This document shows, one piece after another, positions 1 through 12,239 of a DNA stretch of 64,000 nt. Made by a program: the position numbers and the translations under genes. The stretch spans positions 620,001-684,000 of the forward strand of contig JBHGNT010000015.1 of assembly GCA_043228905.1 (NCBI GenBank). The letters are read 5' to 3'. Within the stretch, counting starts at the first letter, position 1. Each line of letters begins with the position of its first letter. Source of the DNA: Azolla caroliniana. Lineage: Eukaryota > Plantae > Polypodiophyta. The notes below the pieces were generated by a model. That model was not told the DNA's origin. It did not search any database and worked only from the letters and a program-made list of their open reading frames with translations.

Positions 1-193
1 AGATGAGGACCAAATCATGGGAGGAAGAGCTACTACCAACAGCGGAGATCATAGTTATGGTGTTTTGAGGTCCTTGCAGGTATGCTTTATTTGTTACCAG
101 AAGGTTCATGAATTTATTTGCACCTGAAGTCTGCTCTTTGCACATACAAGTGGCCATGTGTGCCTCTTCCCTTTTCTCAGTGGAGAGGCCACC

Positions 194-2494
194 ATGGTCT
201 ATAATAGGACTAAGTTTATATCTCCATCAAATGTGGATGCATCGAAAGCACATTGTTTGGAAGCGGACTTAGAAGGGCTTCTTGAGTTTTCCAAGGCTCC
301 ATCCATCAAAGATATTCTTTGTATGCTTCAAAGATGTAGGAAAAGGAAGAATGTGGTATCAGCAAAGTTTTTGTTTTCATATATTTGTGGCCAAGGGCTC
401 CTCGATGACAGATCTATCGGTAATCACCTTATTCCACTTTTTGTGGACTGTGGAAGCCTTCGAGATGCCGAAATGGTTTTTAGTAGCTTGTCATATCGTA
501 ATGAGCATTCGTGGACATCTCTTATCCTTGGTTATGCACAAAGTGAGCAATTACAACATGCTTTTTGTCTTTACCAGAGAATGCAAGAGAATTCCATCCT
601 CCCTACTAGCTACACATTGGTTGGGCTTTTGCAATCTTGTGCTCAGTTGCAAAATAGTGAATTTGGTCAAGAAATCCATATTGAAGTTGTGCAGAAAGGG
701 TTCGATGAAGATCTATTCATTCATAGTGCTTTGTTAGATATGTATGTCAAATGTGGATCTATATTGGATGCGCAGAATGTTTTCGACCGAATGTCCAACC
801 GAGATGTGGTATTATGGACAACATTGATTGCAGGATATGCCATGCATGGACCCATTGAGGATGTACTGAAAAGCTTTGAAAAGATGCAAGATGAGGGGGT
901 ACTACCAAACACTTTCACATTTTCTTGTGTCTTAAAGGCTTGTGGCAAAACAGAAGCTATAGATGAGGGGCATGGTACGCATATGCATATAACATACAAA
1001 GGGTTCGAAAATGATTTCTTTCTGGGTAAATCAATTGTCTCAATGTATGTGAAATGTGGTGCACTTTCAGATGCATGGGGAGTCTTTACGAAGCTTCCTG
1101 TACAGGATGTTGTGTCATGGACTTCATTATTGGTAGGATATACTGATGATGGTCCTAGTGAAGAAGCATTTAACTGTTTCAAGGAGATGCAAGTGCAGGG
1201 TATACTACCTGATGCTTTTTCCTTCTCAAGCATTTTGAGAGCGTGCAGTAATGCAGGAGCCATAGAGAAGGGGTTTGAAATACATAAGGAAATCATACAT
1301 GAGGGTTTTGAGAAGGATCTTGTTGTCGGAAGTGCATTAGTCAGTATGTATGTCTTATGTGGATCTTTTGTGGAGGCACAAGAAGTGTTTGATGAGTTGC
1401 CTCAGCATTGCGTAGTAGCATGGAATGCTCTCATTGGAGGGTTTGTCGAGTATGGAACTGCTGAGAAAGCATTAGATTCTTTTGATAAAATGCAAGGTGA
1501 TGGAATCTTTCCAGATGCATACACATTTGCCCATGTCCTAAAAGTGTGTGGTCTATTAGGGGCTACAGATAAAGGACAATCCATGTATATGGAGGCTGTA
1601 TTGAAAGGGTTTGAGAGAGAGTGCTTTGTTGGCTCCACTCTAGTTGGTATGTATGTGAAGTTAAGGCTACTTGAAGAGGCACGAGCAGTCTTTGACCAAC
1701 TGGAATTTAAAGAGGTGGTTGCATGGACTGCTCTTATCATGGGCTATGTGGAGCATGGGCCTGCCAATGAAGCATTAGAATGTTTCGAGAATATGCAGAG
1801 TATGGGTATTCCATTGGACAATTTCACATTTGCGAGCATGCTAAAAGCTTGTGGTAGCATGGGAGCCGTTTTGAAGGGTTATGAAATGCACAGGGAGGTT
1901 GTGAAGAAAGGGTTTGAGCTTGATCTATATGTAGGCACATCTTTGCTTGACATGTATGTTAAAAGTGGTTCCCCCCAAGAGGCTCAGGTCATGTTTGACA
2001 AGTTAACAATTCGAGATGTAACATCGTGGAATGCTCTTATAAGCGGACTTGCAGATCACGCGGGTAACTTGGCGCTTAACTGTTTTGCAAGTATGCAGCA
2101 TGAGGGTGTAAAGCCAGATTCGATTACTTTTTCTTGTCTTTTGACAGCATGCAGCCATTCAAGCCTAATAACGGAAGGTCGGGGTTTCTTTAAGACAATG
2201 ATTGAAGAGTATGGGCTTACACCTACTATCGATCACTACACTTGTATGATTGATCTTTTAGCTCGAACAGGTAATTTATATGAAGCTGCCAAGTATCTTG
2301 AAAGCACACCATCACCTCCTTCGATAGAGACATGGAGAGCCCTTCTTTATGCTTGTAAACTCTATGGGGAAACAGAGCTGGGGTCAAGATGTTTCCACCA
2401 TCTTGCTCAAATTGATTCAGAATTTGCTGCATTAGCTGATGGCTATAGTGGTTCTGAGGCCTGGGATAATGTCAGTGCAATGGATGGGTACTAA
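194..2494 (+). CDS. PLS-class pentatricopeptide repeat protein with E1 and truncated E2 motif, no DYW domain (organellar RNA-editing factor family)
   Basis: Intronless ORF with repeated P-L-S triplets (DVVLWTTLIAGYA / TFSCVLKACG / SALLDMYVKCG) and terminal PTIDHYTCMIDLLAR...TWRALLYACK. ATG at 194 is in gccaccATGG context, after a likely 5'UTR intron 80-180 (gtatgc...ttctcag). Confidence 0.93.
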   Translation: MVYNRTKFISPSNVDASKAHCLEADLEGLLEFSKAPSIKDILCMLQRCRKRKNVVSAKFLFSYICGQGLLDDRSIGNHLIPLFVDCGSLRDAEMVFSSLSYRNEHSWTSLILGYAQSEQLQHAFCLYQRMQENSILPTSYTLVGLLQSCAQLQNSEFGQEIHIEVVQKGFDEDLFIHSALLDMYVKCGSILDAQNVFDRMSNRDVVLWTTLIAGYAMHGPIEDVLKSFEKMQDEGVLPNTFTFSCVLKACGKTEAIDEGHGTHMHITYKGFENDFFLGKSIVSMYVKCGALSDAWGVFTKLPVQDVVSWTSLLVGYTDDGPSEEAFNCFKEMQVQGILPDAFSFSSILRACSNAGAIEKGFEIHKEIIHEGFEKDLVVGSALVSMYVLCGSFVEAQEVFDELPQHCVVAWNALIGGFVEYGTAEKALDSFDKMQGDGIFPDAYTFAHVLKVCGLLGATDKGQSMYMEAVLKGFERECFVGSTLVGMYVKLRLLEEARAVFDQLEFKEVVAWTALIMGYVEHGPANEALECFENMQSMGIPLDNFTFASMLKACGSMGAVLKGYEMHREVVKKGFELDLYVGTSLLDMYVKSGSPQEAQVMFDKLTIRDVTSWNALISGLADHAGNLALNCFASMQHEGVKPDSITFSCLLTACSHSSLITEGRGFFKTMIEEYGLTPTIDHYTCMIDLLARTGNLYEAAKYLESTPSPPSIETWRALLYACKLYGETELGSRCFHHLAQIDSEFAALADGYSGSEAWDNVSAMDGY

Positions 2495-3296
2495 GACATC
2501 AAATAGGTAGAAAATGTACAGTATTGTAGCTCTGTGTCATAAGGCGGTACAGTTTTGTATCAAAGCTACTGTATTTCTATTCATTCCATAATTAGGACAA
2601 AGATTTGCAGCACAACCTGTCAACCTCAGAAGTTCCTTCTTTGCTTGTTACAAATTCCAGCAAGATTGTGATGGAGAATTGAGATATCAGACTCTTTGCA
2701 ATTCCAGCAAGTGCACATATATATTCATACCCATCACATTCGAAATGCAGGCAACCAGTACCACGTTATTCCAAAAAATGCATTGCAAATAAAAATAATG
2801 AATAGTTGTGTATAAAAAAAAATATGCATTGCAAATAATAAAAAATGTGATTATCATAAAAAAAGGATCAAGCATTTTTCCCAAGAAACAAAATTGAGAT
2901 CTTCAATTTTCTGGAGAACAATGTCATTTATAATAACATGGGAAGTAAATTAGAATTAACTTACACCAATTCCTAAAATGAATGTCGAGCAAAGGATTAT
3001 AGAATGCTTCAAATTGTCAAAGGTTTTTAACACATTGTCTGCATATATACATACATGTTCGAGTTTCAACATCTGGTTCCTACATTTGATTTCAGCACTT
3101 GTGAAGAGGAGAGTTTTTTATTGCACCACATCTCAGTTACAATTGTCTGCCAATTTGTTACTTGCATAGATGCCTCACACTAGAATAGATAGATTGCTGG
3201 AAACAAGCATACATAAACTAGATCAATTAAAGATTTACTCTCTCTTCTCATTTGGTATTATCATACAACTTGTACCTTCAATGAGTTACTTCACTG

Positions 3297-6200
3297 TTAT
3301 GGAGTACTATTTATGACCATTCGTTTTGGACGCTGTAGTCTCTGGGCACTACCTAGTGTACCTCTTTGGGAATATGGATATGGAGATTTGCTAAGTTGTT
3401 CAAGCTGCAAATTAGTTGCTTCTTCTTGCAGAAAAGCTAGCTGTAACCAAAATAATGATCATCTTTTAGTTGAAACCACAACCTGGTTGGGGCTTACAAG
3501 GCTCTATAAAGAACATTTAGTACTTTACTCACTCTTGCATTGTTTTGTCGTAATCTATCCCTCATACAGTTTATAACTGGACTCAAGCTGCAAATGTAAA
3601 AGAAGAGATTATACTAACGCAGTTACATTAAGTTTTGTAAAAATATAAAACAGAAGACACTACTTGCCAGTACTCCATAAGCTTGCAAAGTGATGCTTGA
3701 TATGTTGCTGAATGGTGAATTAAGGTCAATGGATGAACTTTTCCATTCCTGCAACAAACAAATTTAATAGTTTTCTTCCTTGGTGTTTATAAACCTCCTT
3801 AAACAGAAATGCGGTGTTTATAAACCTCAAACAGAAAGGCAAGCAAGAATCTATGATAAATGTTATCACTCATCCAGTGTAATGTACTTGTGTTTGCAAA
3901 GTGTAATGTACTAGTGCCTCTTGTTTGCAAATGTAGTGCTGAATTAAATCTTTAGAAACCCGTTTACACTAGTTTTTCAAATTTTGTTTGTGAAATATTA
4001 GACTGCCTCATCAGTGCTAAAAATTATGCTATTGAAAAGCAATGCATACAAGTGATAAGAATTTCAATGGGTTCATACATGCGATAGGGGCTTCAGTGTC
4101 AAGTTGAGAACAATTTATAACCTACAAGAATAATACAGAAAAAATGAACCCTCCAAAATGAGGTATAAATAAATCGGTGCCTTTCAAGACACTTATACGC
4201 ACATTGCAGTTATACAGACCAATGTTGTCAAATAATGTATCGGAATAAAAATAACCACACCTCATGCTTTGTAATAATGAACCAGTGCCTTCCAAGGTGC
4301 TTACAGAGACACATTGAAATTATACAGACCAATTTTGTCATGTAAAATATCAGAACTGTAAACAATCATACCTCACACTTTGTAATAATGCCTGGTTGAA
4401 AGCAGTTTTCTCTTCATCGAAGAGTATTTTCTGCAAATTGACCAATGAGCTCAATGGAAAATCAACTTTTGCAAGTGTATGGCCAGGAACCACCTGTAAT
4501 TGAACTTCTTTCCTTGTAAATTCTGCATTACTGAACAAAACAAAAAGTCAGCCAGGCTGCCATGCATCTTACACCTTATTGTACATTCTATGTTTCAGAA
4601 TACATGCTGGTCCAATGAAGCATGCCTTACATATTAAAATATACGTCATGCATAAATGAAAATAACAGCTGAAAAGAAAATGAATAAACAAAGAAACACA
4701 TGCAGAAAATTCACAAGCTACAAGTGTTGTTTGCAATTTCAATATTCAAAATTCAACTTGAAAGGACAGGGCAAAAGCTATGGCATGCTAACTCATATCA
4801 GCAATCTAAGATAATTATGAGAAGAAATAAATCAGGTTATTATTCACTCTGTCCAGAAAATACCCTTTCTATGATTCCTGTAGACAATGCAACCAATTCT
4901 AAATTTGATTGTTTGCAGAAAATTATTGGGGTAAGGCACCTGCCTCATCTCAATACTAGATAGATGCATAGCCTCTTGCATTCCTGTTGTCAAATCATAA
5001 GAATCAATCTCTGTGCTTGATATTATTTTTTCCAGATCCACATTTTCAGAATGTTCGAGCTTGTCTGATTGGGCATTTCCTTTTGAATTTGTATTTGTTA
5101 AAAAATCATTTAATGTTGTTGCATGAGCATGATTTTCATTGATCACCTAAGCAAAGAATACTTAACGTTAGAAAAAACCTTTTTCCTGGACTGACATCAG
5201 TAATACTCAAATAAGAAGATGAAGAACTTTACAGCATGTGCTCTTTCAACATCTTTGTCCATTGCAAAGGAAAAATCAGGTGCACTTCTTTGTGAATAAG
5301 TTGTTCCAGGAATCAATTCATGAGAAACTTGGGTGCTATTATTTCTCCATCCTTTTGATGCCTGGAATGCAGTTGCTTGAATTCTACCAACCTGCAGCAG
5401 CCACAATCGATGTTACAGTTTTGAGTTGCTTCTACATTATATCCAAACTCTCTCAAACCATCAAATCTATCAATCAATGTACAAAGCAGAAATTCTGAAT
5501 GTTTCAATCTAGGTAGAAGAAAAGTAATAGGTAAATGAATTGAGTGAACTAGATAAAAACCTCATTTCCATAAGTTACGAATTATTTTGAAAACTATGTA
5601 TTTCAATTATGCATAGATGACTTAAACTAGGTTCTCACGTATTATTCACCATGCAACCTATTTAGTTGACATTGAGTAGATGTCTAATTAAAAGACATTA
5701 ACCATATGCATAACATTCCATAACATAAACACCATGGCATCCAGCCTTTAGAAGAGTTTCCGAAAGTTCGGCATCTTAAAACTATATACTACCATGGCAG
5801 TGCTAACAAACAACATTCATGACAAGTCCACTTACCAATGACTTTTTTATTCATGAATTTCCTCTAAACATTCCCATCACATTAATATCCCCAAACCAAA
5901 AGATATAGTTTAATTTTTTGACTTCAATAAGGGCAAACTAGCAATAATATAAAAATATAGACCTTGTTGCTATCTTCATTGAAACATGAAAAAATGAGAC
6001 CAATGAAACCTGGGTCCAATAGCTGATACATTCCTTGAGTTTTCACATCTGCAAAAGAAGAAAATGGATAGGCTATCAATCATCAAAGACCTAGCATCAC
6101 AATTAATTCTTTCTAAACAGAAATGGTCAAGTTGAAGATAATTGTCATTAACAAAAAAGATAGCTAACCAACGTTTCCATTCTCAATGCAACTTTCGTTC

Positions 6201-8177
6201 CTTCAAATTTGAGACACAATCTATACATCAATTCAATTTTGATATGCATACTGTACTTAAGATGGTTTCTAGCCATAGACTGTGGACCTTGCACAATATT
6301 AGTTCACATGCTCTATCTCAAATGATTTCATCACACAAGGATTATTTAGCATAAAGGTGCTCAATATAGATATATATACATAGAGACCATATGCATATAT
6401 ACGTACATTTATGTACATGTGCATGCGAACAACCAAAATACTGCTAAACTTCATTAGATGTTTGCTCTTCTTGTTAGTTAACAAATGATACAACGATTAT
6501 AAGTTACAACTGACTTGAATTAAAAAACCTTTACTTACCAACATGAGAAGGGAGAACTGTAATGTGTGGATGTGAATGGTACCATCCAATAACTCTTGTG
6601 AGTCTCCCTGTCTCAGCTGATATTATGTATTTGGCCGTCAAGAAACGAGTACTTTCCCAATAAGAAACAAAATAACACAGAAAGTATATGTACAAATGAT
6701 CATCATAAAATATTAAAGGATATCTCTGCTTGAGCACTGGCAGCTGCAAGTTGTTCTGGATTTGTTTCTACTCGATCTTTCCGACGATCGGAGCGAGTTT
6801 GAGGAGCTGCACCCCAAACAAGAGCCATGCCATGACCACTGCTTGAATACTGTACAAAGAACTCTCTCATTCTAGAATCATTCCATCGCATGTATTAAGA
6901 TCATTATCATATATCTTCAGTAAGGATAGCATGAATTCATGCATACTTGTAACCATGATTTGTCTCATAGGTAGACTTTGGTGTCCAGTAGATTTTAAAA
7001 TTTCTTTCTTTCTTTCTCCCTACCCCTTTCAAAGTCTTGTCCTACTAAAACCATCTTCTTCACCTCATCCAAGGTTGAGAAGACATCTTGCACAAATAGG
7101 AGAGATTCCTATATGATTTGGCATGTTTCTAGTTCATATACCAAATAGGCGACAAAATTTTGCTAGAGAAGATATTCAATTTCACTTACATCTACTTTGT
7201 TTTCATTTAGGTTTTGTTTTCTAAAAATCTCTTAGTGAAGACACCAGAGATTTTTACTCTTTTTTTCTTTTTTCCTAATATCAATATAATGAATAAAACT
7301 GTTCAATTAATTCTTTTCTCTCTTTAGTTCAGAAACCTCCTCCTTGTAATAAATTTCTATCATTTATTGATTGGTTCATTTTCTCTCCTCCTCTTCCATG
7401 AAATTACTTCAATTATTTATTACCTTCTCCTCCTCTCTTACATAATCATTAGGTCGAATCGTAAACCAGAGCTCACAACAAACAATCTTATTTTTGCCAA
7501 ACCAATATATTAATAACTGGCAATCCAAAAGCTTTACGTTTATCAATGCAGAACAATTTTTGTATGTTTCCAATGCGGCCAAATTTTGGTATGTTTCTTG
7601 ACCCAAAACTGGATTATCATAACATTACATATGGATAATAAAACTCTTTCATATGAAAAAAATAGTGGGAAAATATAATGTCGAGAACATATCCTTTATA
7701 GGTTGAGAAAAACTTCTTTTATGAGGTCTGAAGTTTGAAGTTTGATTTCTCCTTGTTTTAAATAAAAACTCTGTTTTGTTTCTTTTTCTTGTTGTGTTCC
7801 CTATATATTCCTAAATGGCATTTTCCATTACAGAAAGACATGCACGGGGATCTCCCTCATCTCTGTGCTTACTCTAGTGGTTCGCTAATAGGTTATTGAA
7901 TAAATATCATGGGTTCAAAGCCCTACTTTAAAACATCTTTGTTACACCATATGCAATCAATCCTAAACTACAGCTCAAATCAATTTCTCAAAGCATCTAC
8001 CTCACAGCCTCCAAAACCAGTTGACATACAATCATCTCATTTCTCTCTCTTTCTCTCCTAAGGTACCTCTATGTCGCCAAGCAACAGCCCCATGATTTCC
8101 TCTGTCTCTGTGGAGAGAGCATGCGTGACGCACGTGAGCCACACTTCCTCTGAGATCCTCACGCCAGTCAGCGACAT
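3297..8177 (-). CDS. BRCC36: BRCC36-like Lys63-specific deubiquitinase (MPN+/JAMM), about 10 coding exons
   Basis: Exons approx. 8177-8067 (MSLTGVRISEEVWLTCVTHALSTETEEIMGLLLGDIE), 6849-6724 (RSDRRKDRVETNPEQLAAASAQAE), 6626-6538 (VIGWYHSHPHITVLPSHV), 6048-5962 (DVKTQGMYQLLDPGFIGLIFSCF), 5391-5233, 5146-4940, 4530-4373, 3748-3667, 3587-3532, 3440-3297 (ends VINSTP*). The JAMM motif HSHPH...S..D is intact. Confidence 0.92.
6627..6723 (-). other. U12-type (minor spliceosome) AT-AC intron in BRCC36
   Basis: Minus strand reads GCAGAG|ATATCCTTT ... TTCTTGAC ggccaaatAC|ATAATATCA. It has a canonical U12 5' site, a branch point about 10 nt from an AC 3' end, and the join AQAE|IISAETG is in frame. Confidence 0.88.
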
Positions 8178-8221
8178 GGCTATCTTCCGATTCAAAGCAA
8201 AACACTCCTCAGTCTCTGTAT

Positions 8222-8228
<7 letters not shown>

Positions 8229-8278
<50 letters not shown>

Positions 8279-8279
8279 A
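8229..8279. repeat. Compound (CT)n(AT)n microsatellite in the BRCC36 5' region
   Basis: Seen directly. Confidence 0.9.
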
Positions 8280-8389
8280 TGTATATGTATGTATATTATA
8301 AGAGTAAGAGAGCTCGTGTGGAAAGACTTTATGTATTTCCAAAAGATGCCCTTCACCATCCTCTTCATTTATTTAAAGACCGCGCATCG

Positions 8390-10500
8390 CCCATGTGATA
8401 GAAGATAAAATCACGACGACTTTAAGGAATTGTAACAGCGCACTTCGGACACACCTTGGCCGTTTAGAGGAGATTTTAGAGATATCACACATATTTTTCC
8501 CAGTAGAACACACTAGAGCCCAAATAGAGGACTCCCACGTGTTAAAGGTTTTCGTTGAGAATCAGTATTTAGACAAACCTCACGTGAACACATTACTTGA
8601 GGGTCTGGAGGTGTTGCAATATTGTTTCAGAGAACACTACATAATAGGATAGAAATACTAAGAAGAGACCTAGAAGCATGTTTTATGTGGGGGAAAGTCC
8701 TCATTACCGAGGACTAGGCAGTATTTATTGTCATTTGTTACTTTACCTCGAAAGGATCCCGTTATAATATGGTAGGAGAATCGAGAGTAGCTTATCAAGG
8801 AGTACCACATGTGTCTTCCCCATACGAACCTTTATCAGATGACATAATCTGATACTCTTGTCAAGAGGAAGTCTTCCACATAGGAGATTTCAATGCGAGA
8901 ACCCAATCCCAACAGTGCACAATATTTCAAATGGATAAAAACCTAGTAATGGTCAGTGTTGATCCCTCAGCTATAGGCATCACATGTAGATCAAAAGAAA
9001 AAGGTGCGGACGCCACAAGCTTTGGCCATCATCTGCTCGAAATTGGAAATCGGCACTAGATGATCATATATAATGGTTTAGCAAAGTGCCTAGGCTCCGA
9101 AGAGGTCACATGTTTTCCGCATGGAGGGGAAAGCACAGTCAACTATGTAATAGATGCTCGGAAGCTATCCACATGATCAACTCCTTTCTAATGGCTCCAT
9201 GCCTTATTGGTGTTGACCATAGCTTCTTATACTTCGAGTTAAAAAGCAATATCTCCAACACCACCAACTTTGGTCAACCAAGCCATCACACCACAACACA
9301 TTTCACACATGAGCTCGTTTGACGTCTACTCTCAACATGTTCAAGCTCCTCTCTCCTCTCTTGATTCTTTATTGCCTTTAGATCATCTTACTACACAATT
9401 CACACACATCTTTCATTCTGCGACGATTAGTAGTTCCCCACACGCAAAACACTCCAAGCATGGTAGAGTAGGATCTATCCACAAAAAAGATGGTATGATG
9501 TCACTGTGGATTGTAGAGACTTATATAGACAACTTAAAGTATATGGACTTAGTGGTGTTATCACCTTGTAGAGGGTTTTCCACCTTAGTGGAACATGAAC
9601 ATAGTGCATCATATACATAAAGGATGGAATCCCATGGACATAAATACATATAGGACCATTATGATTGGTCATATGTTTGCTAAACTATATGGTGCATTGA
9701 TGGAAGCAAAGCTCAACGATTGTATGGAGACATTAAGTATTCCAACACCCAAATAGACAAACTTTAGACGAGTTTTTTCTACTATTGACCATGTCTTCAC
9801 ATTTAGATGATTAATTGACCAAACCAAGGCTCGCGTGAGGAAATTATATTGTTGTTTTGGGGACTTCCGCAAAACCTTTGACATAATCTCTACAGAGCAA
9901 TTGTTTGTCAATAGGCTAAAAAGGTTGGAGATACCAAATGACATTATTTGGGCCATTAATGCTTTATATGAGCAAGTCTTTGGGCGTATCCAATGTTTGG
10001 ACGGTCTATCCAATTGCTTCTAACATCATTGGTGTAAAACAATGTTGTCCCCTATGATCGACTCTGTTTGGGATCTATATTGATGAGATTACTAATTTTA
10101 TTAATCTTAATGGAGATAGTTAATTTCTTGCTTTATGCAGACAATATAGTTTTACTCATGAGTTTGAACACGACCTATAAAGGCACCTTAATTCCTTAGA
10201 CCAATTTTGCACACAAAGAGGACTAGTAGTGAATCTTAGGAAAATTAATATCCTTTTCTTTGACACATCTACCCAAGCCATGATTAAATGTCACCCAATG
10301 ATCTCTAATAAACAAGTTGAGGTGGTCAGATCATACGTATATCTTGGAGTCACTTTTAGTGCTCACTCACGTTAATTATTCAATGACATAGGCAGAAAAA
10401 ATAGATTAACAAGAGGATACACATCCCTCTCACTCCTCGAGAGACAATTCCAGTAGTTGTACTTCCAAGAGCCACAAACAAAGAGGTGGCTCATGGAGAG
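8390..10500 (+). mobile_element. Degenerate non-LTR retrotransposon (RTE/RTEX-like LINE): APE endonuclease plus RT
   Basis: Endonuclease remnants (xNCN..., IGDFNAR about 8880, STVxYV about 9135, DH about 9215) and RT remnants (LYCCFGDFRKTFD, GVKQxCPL, LLYADNIVL, YVYLGV). Many stops and frameshifts. Confidence 0.78.
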
Positions 10501-12239
10501 TATTGCACCATGAGATGGTCAAGACTCAAATTAGAAGTTTTGACCATTTGAGCAATATCTCCATCTAGCATTGTATGAACAACATTGCACGAAACATAAG
10601 ATATATTACACAACAAAATATGATAAGGAAACTTTGTCGATGATACTCATTTCCAAGACAGAGAAGACTTGAATAAGATGTAAACCAAGAATTAAATAAA
10701 TTGTCATGATCAAACTTTTTTGAATATGGTGCATTCATCTTTGTACTAGCAAATTATTAAGACTTACAAATCACCATTACACGTGCCTAGGAATGAGGAC
10801 GGGGGCAAGGTTTACTAGTTTTGTATGTGTTGTAAGTATTCTTTCATTAATGGAGGCGTGGTTAGCATTACTATGAATCATGTTTGTCTTTATATGTGTA
10901 CTCATGACAATTGAACCTTTATAAGGACTTAATTAGCTTCTTAATTAAAGTTAGCATGAGGAAGCGTGAATGACAATTCATGAGGTTACGGTTTGCGAAG
11001 CTAGTGGCTAGAGAGAGATTGCCAACTATTGAGATATCAAGCTCAACTAGGTTTAGTTATTTGGTCAATTATCTAATGTAGTAGTTATATAAATAGAATC
11101 TAGTTAACTTTAAACCATTAAATAGGACCTTGTACTTAAGTGGGATACATTCTAGATCCCCCACTCCCAAGTATATTTAATATAACACTTACATCCGTGT
11201 ACCTATATTCTCCTCATACATGTGCATCATTGCACATGAGATGTCTATATACCTCATTGTGGGTATTTTTGAACTTGATGCTTATTAATATAGTGAGCTT
11301 GGTTATCTAGCTACACTCTTGTTAATCACCCCCCATCTTGTCTTATTGTTCATAAGTGTTATCTCTTCCTCTCATACTCACACATACACACATATATCAC
11401 ATAATCTTCTGTTGCTTAACCACATACGTGATTAACTACTCACATAATTAGATAATAATAAACCCTTTGTTAATTACCTAATTATTAACAAAACCCCTCT
11501 TGCCTAGCTCTCCATGTATAGAGTTTATGTTAGTCTGAACCCATTGGCCAACACACAAGGCAAAACTCCACCAATCCCAAGGCATGTGCTCGATGTAATG
11601 CACCTAGAGTGATCAAAGTTATGTTAAAGGGAATATTCTTAAAAAAATCAACACATAAAGGCACATGATGTTGGCAACCCAAGCACATCTAGCATTTTTT
11701 TTAATTCAAGTCTAAATAAGATATTCTTGAGCCTGACTACCTTTCATCCACTTCAATTTTTATTAACCAAAATTAACAAGTAATTCAATGAGAGAGAGAG
11801 AGAGAGAGAGAGAAGCAATGGAAGATATGACATCACTTGCACACAAAAGATTATGTTGCAATTGAATCAAAATTTACTTGCATATGCTCTAAAAAAGGGA
11901 TGCAACTACACATGTATTATCTTGTCTATATGATAAAATCCACAATATGTGAAACCCAATTGGAATGCATTATGAGGTCCACAACATTGTATATTGAAAA
12001 TGGAATTTACTTAGCAATTGTCTTGATTTGAACCATGTTTGGCATACATAAAGACAACAACTGAGAGATACCACAAGATCTATCTCTAGTCATTTATTTA
12101 CATGATGCATATTTAGCTTTCAACCCTTCACAACACCAACAATGTTACCACAAGCTTTCAAGCCACAAATGATTGTGACAATATTAGGATAAACTCCTTT
12201 GTCAATTTGCATCCTTTCAAATGTTTAAAGTCAAACTCA

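Noticed and set aside
282-1740. Alternative-frame and antisense ORFs over the PPR gene
   Set aside because: Shadow ORFs of a long coding sequence.
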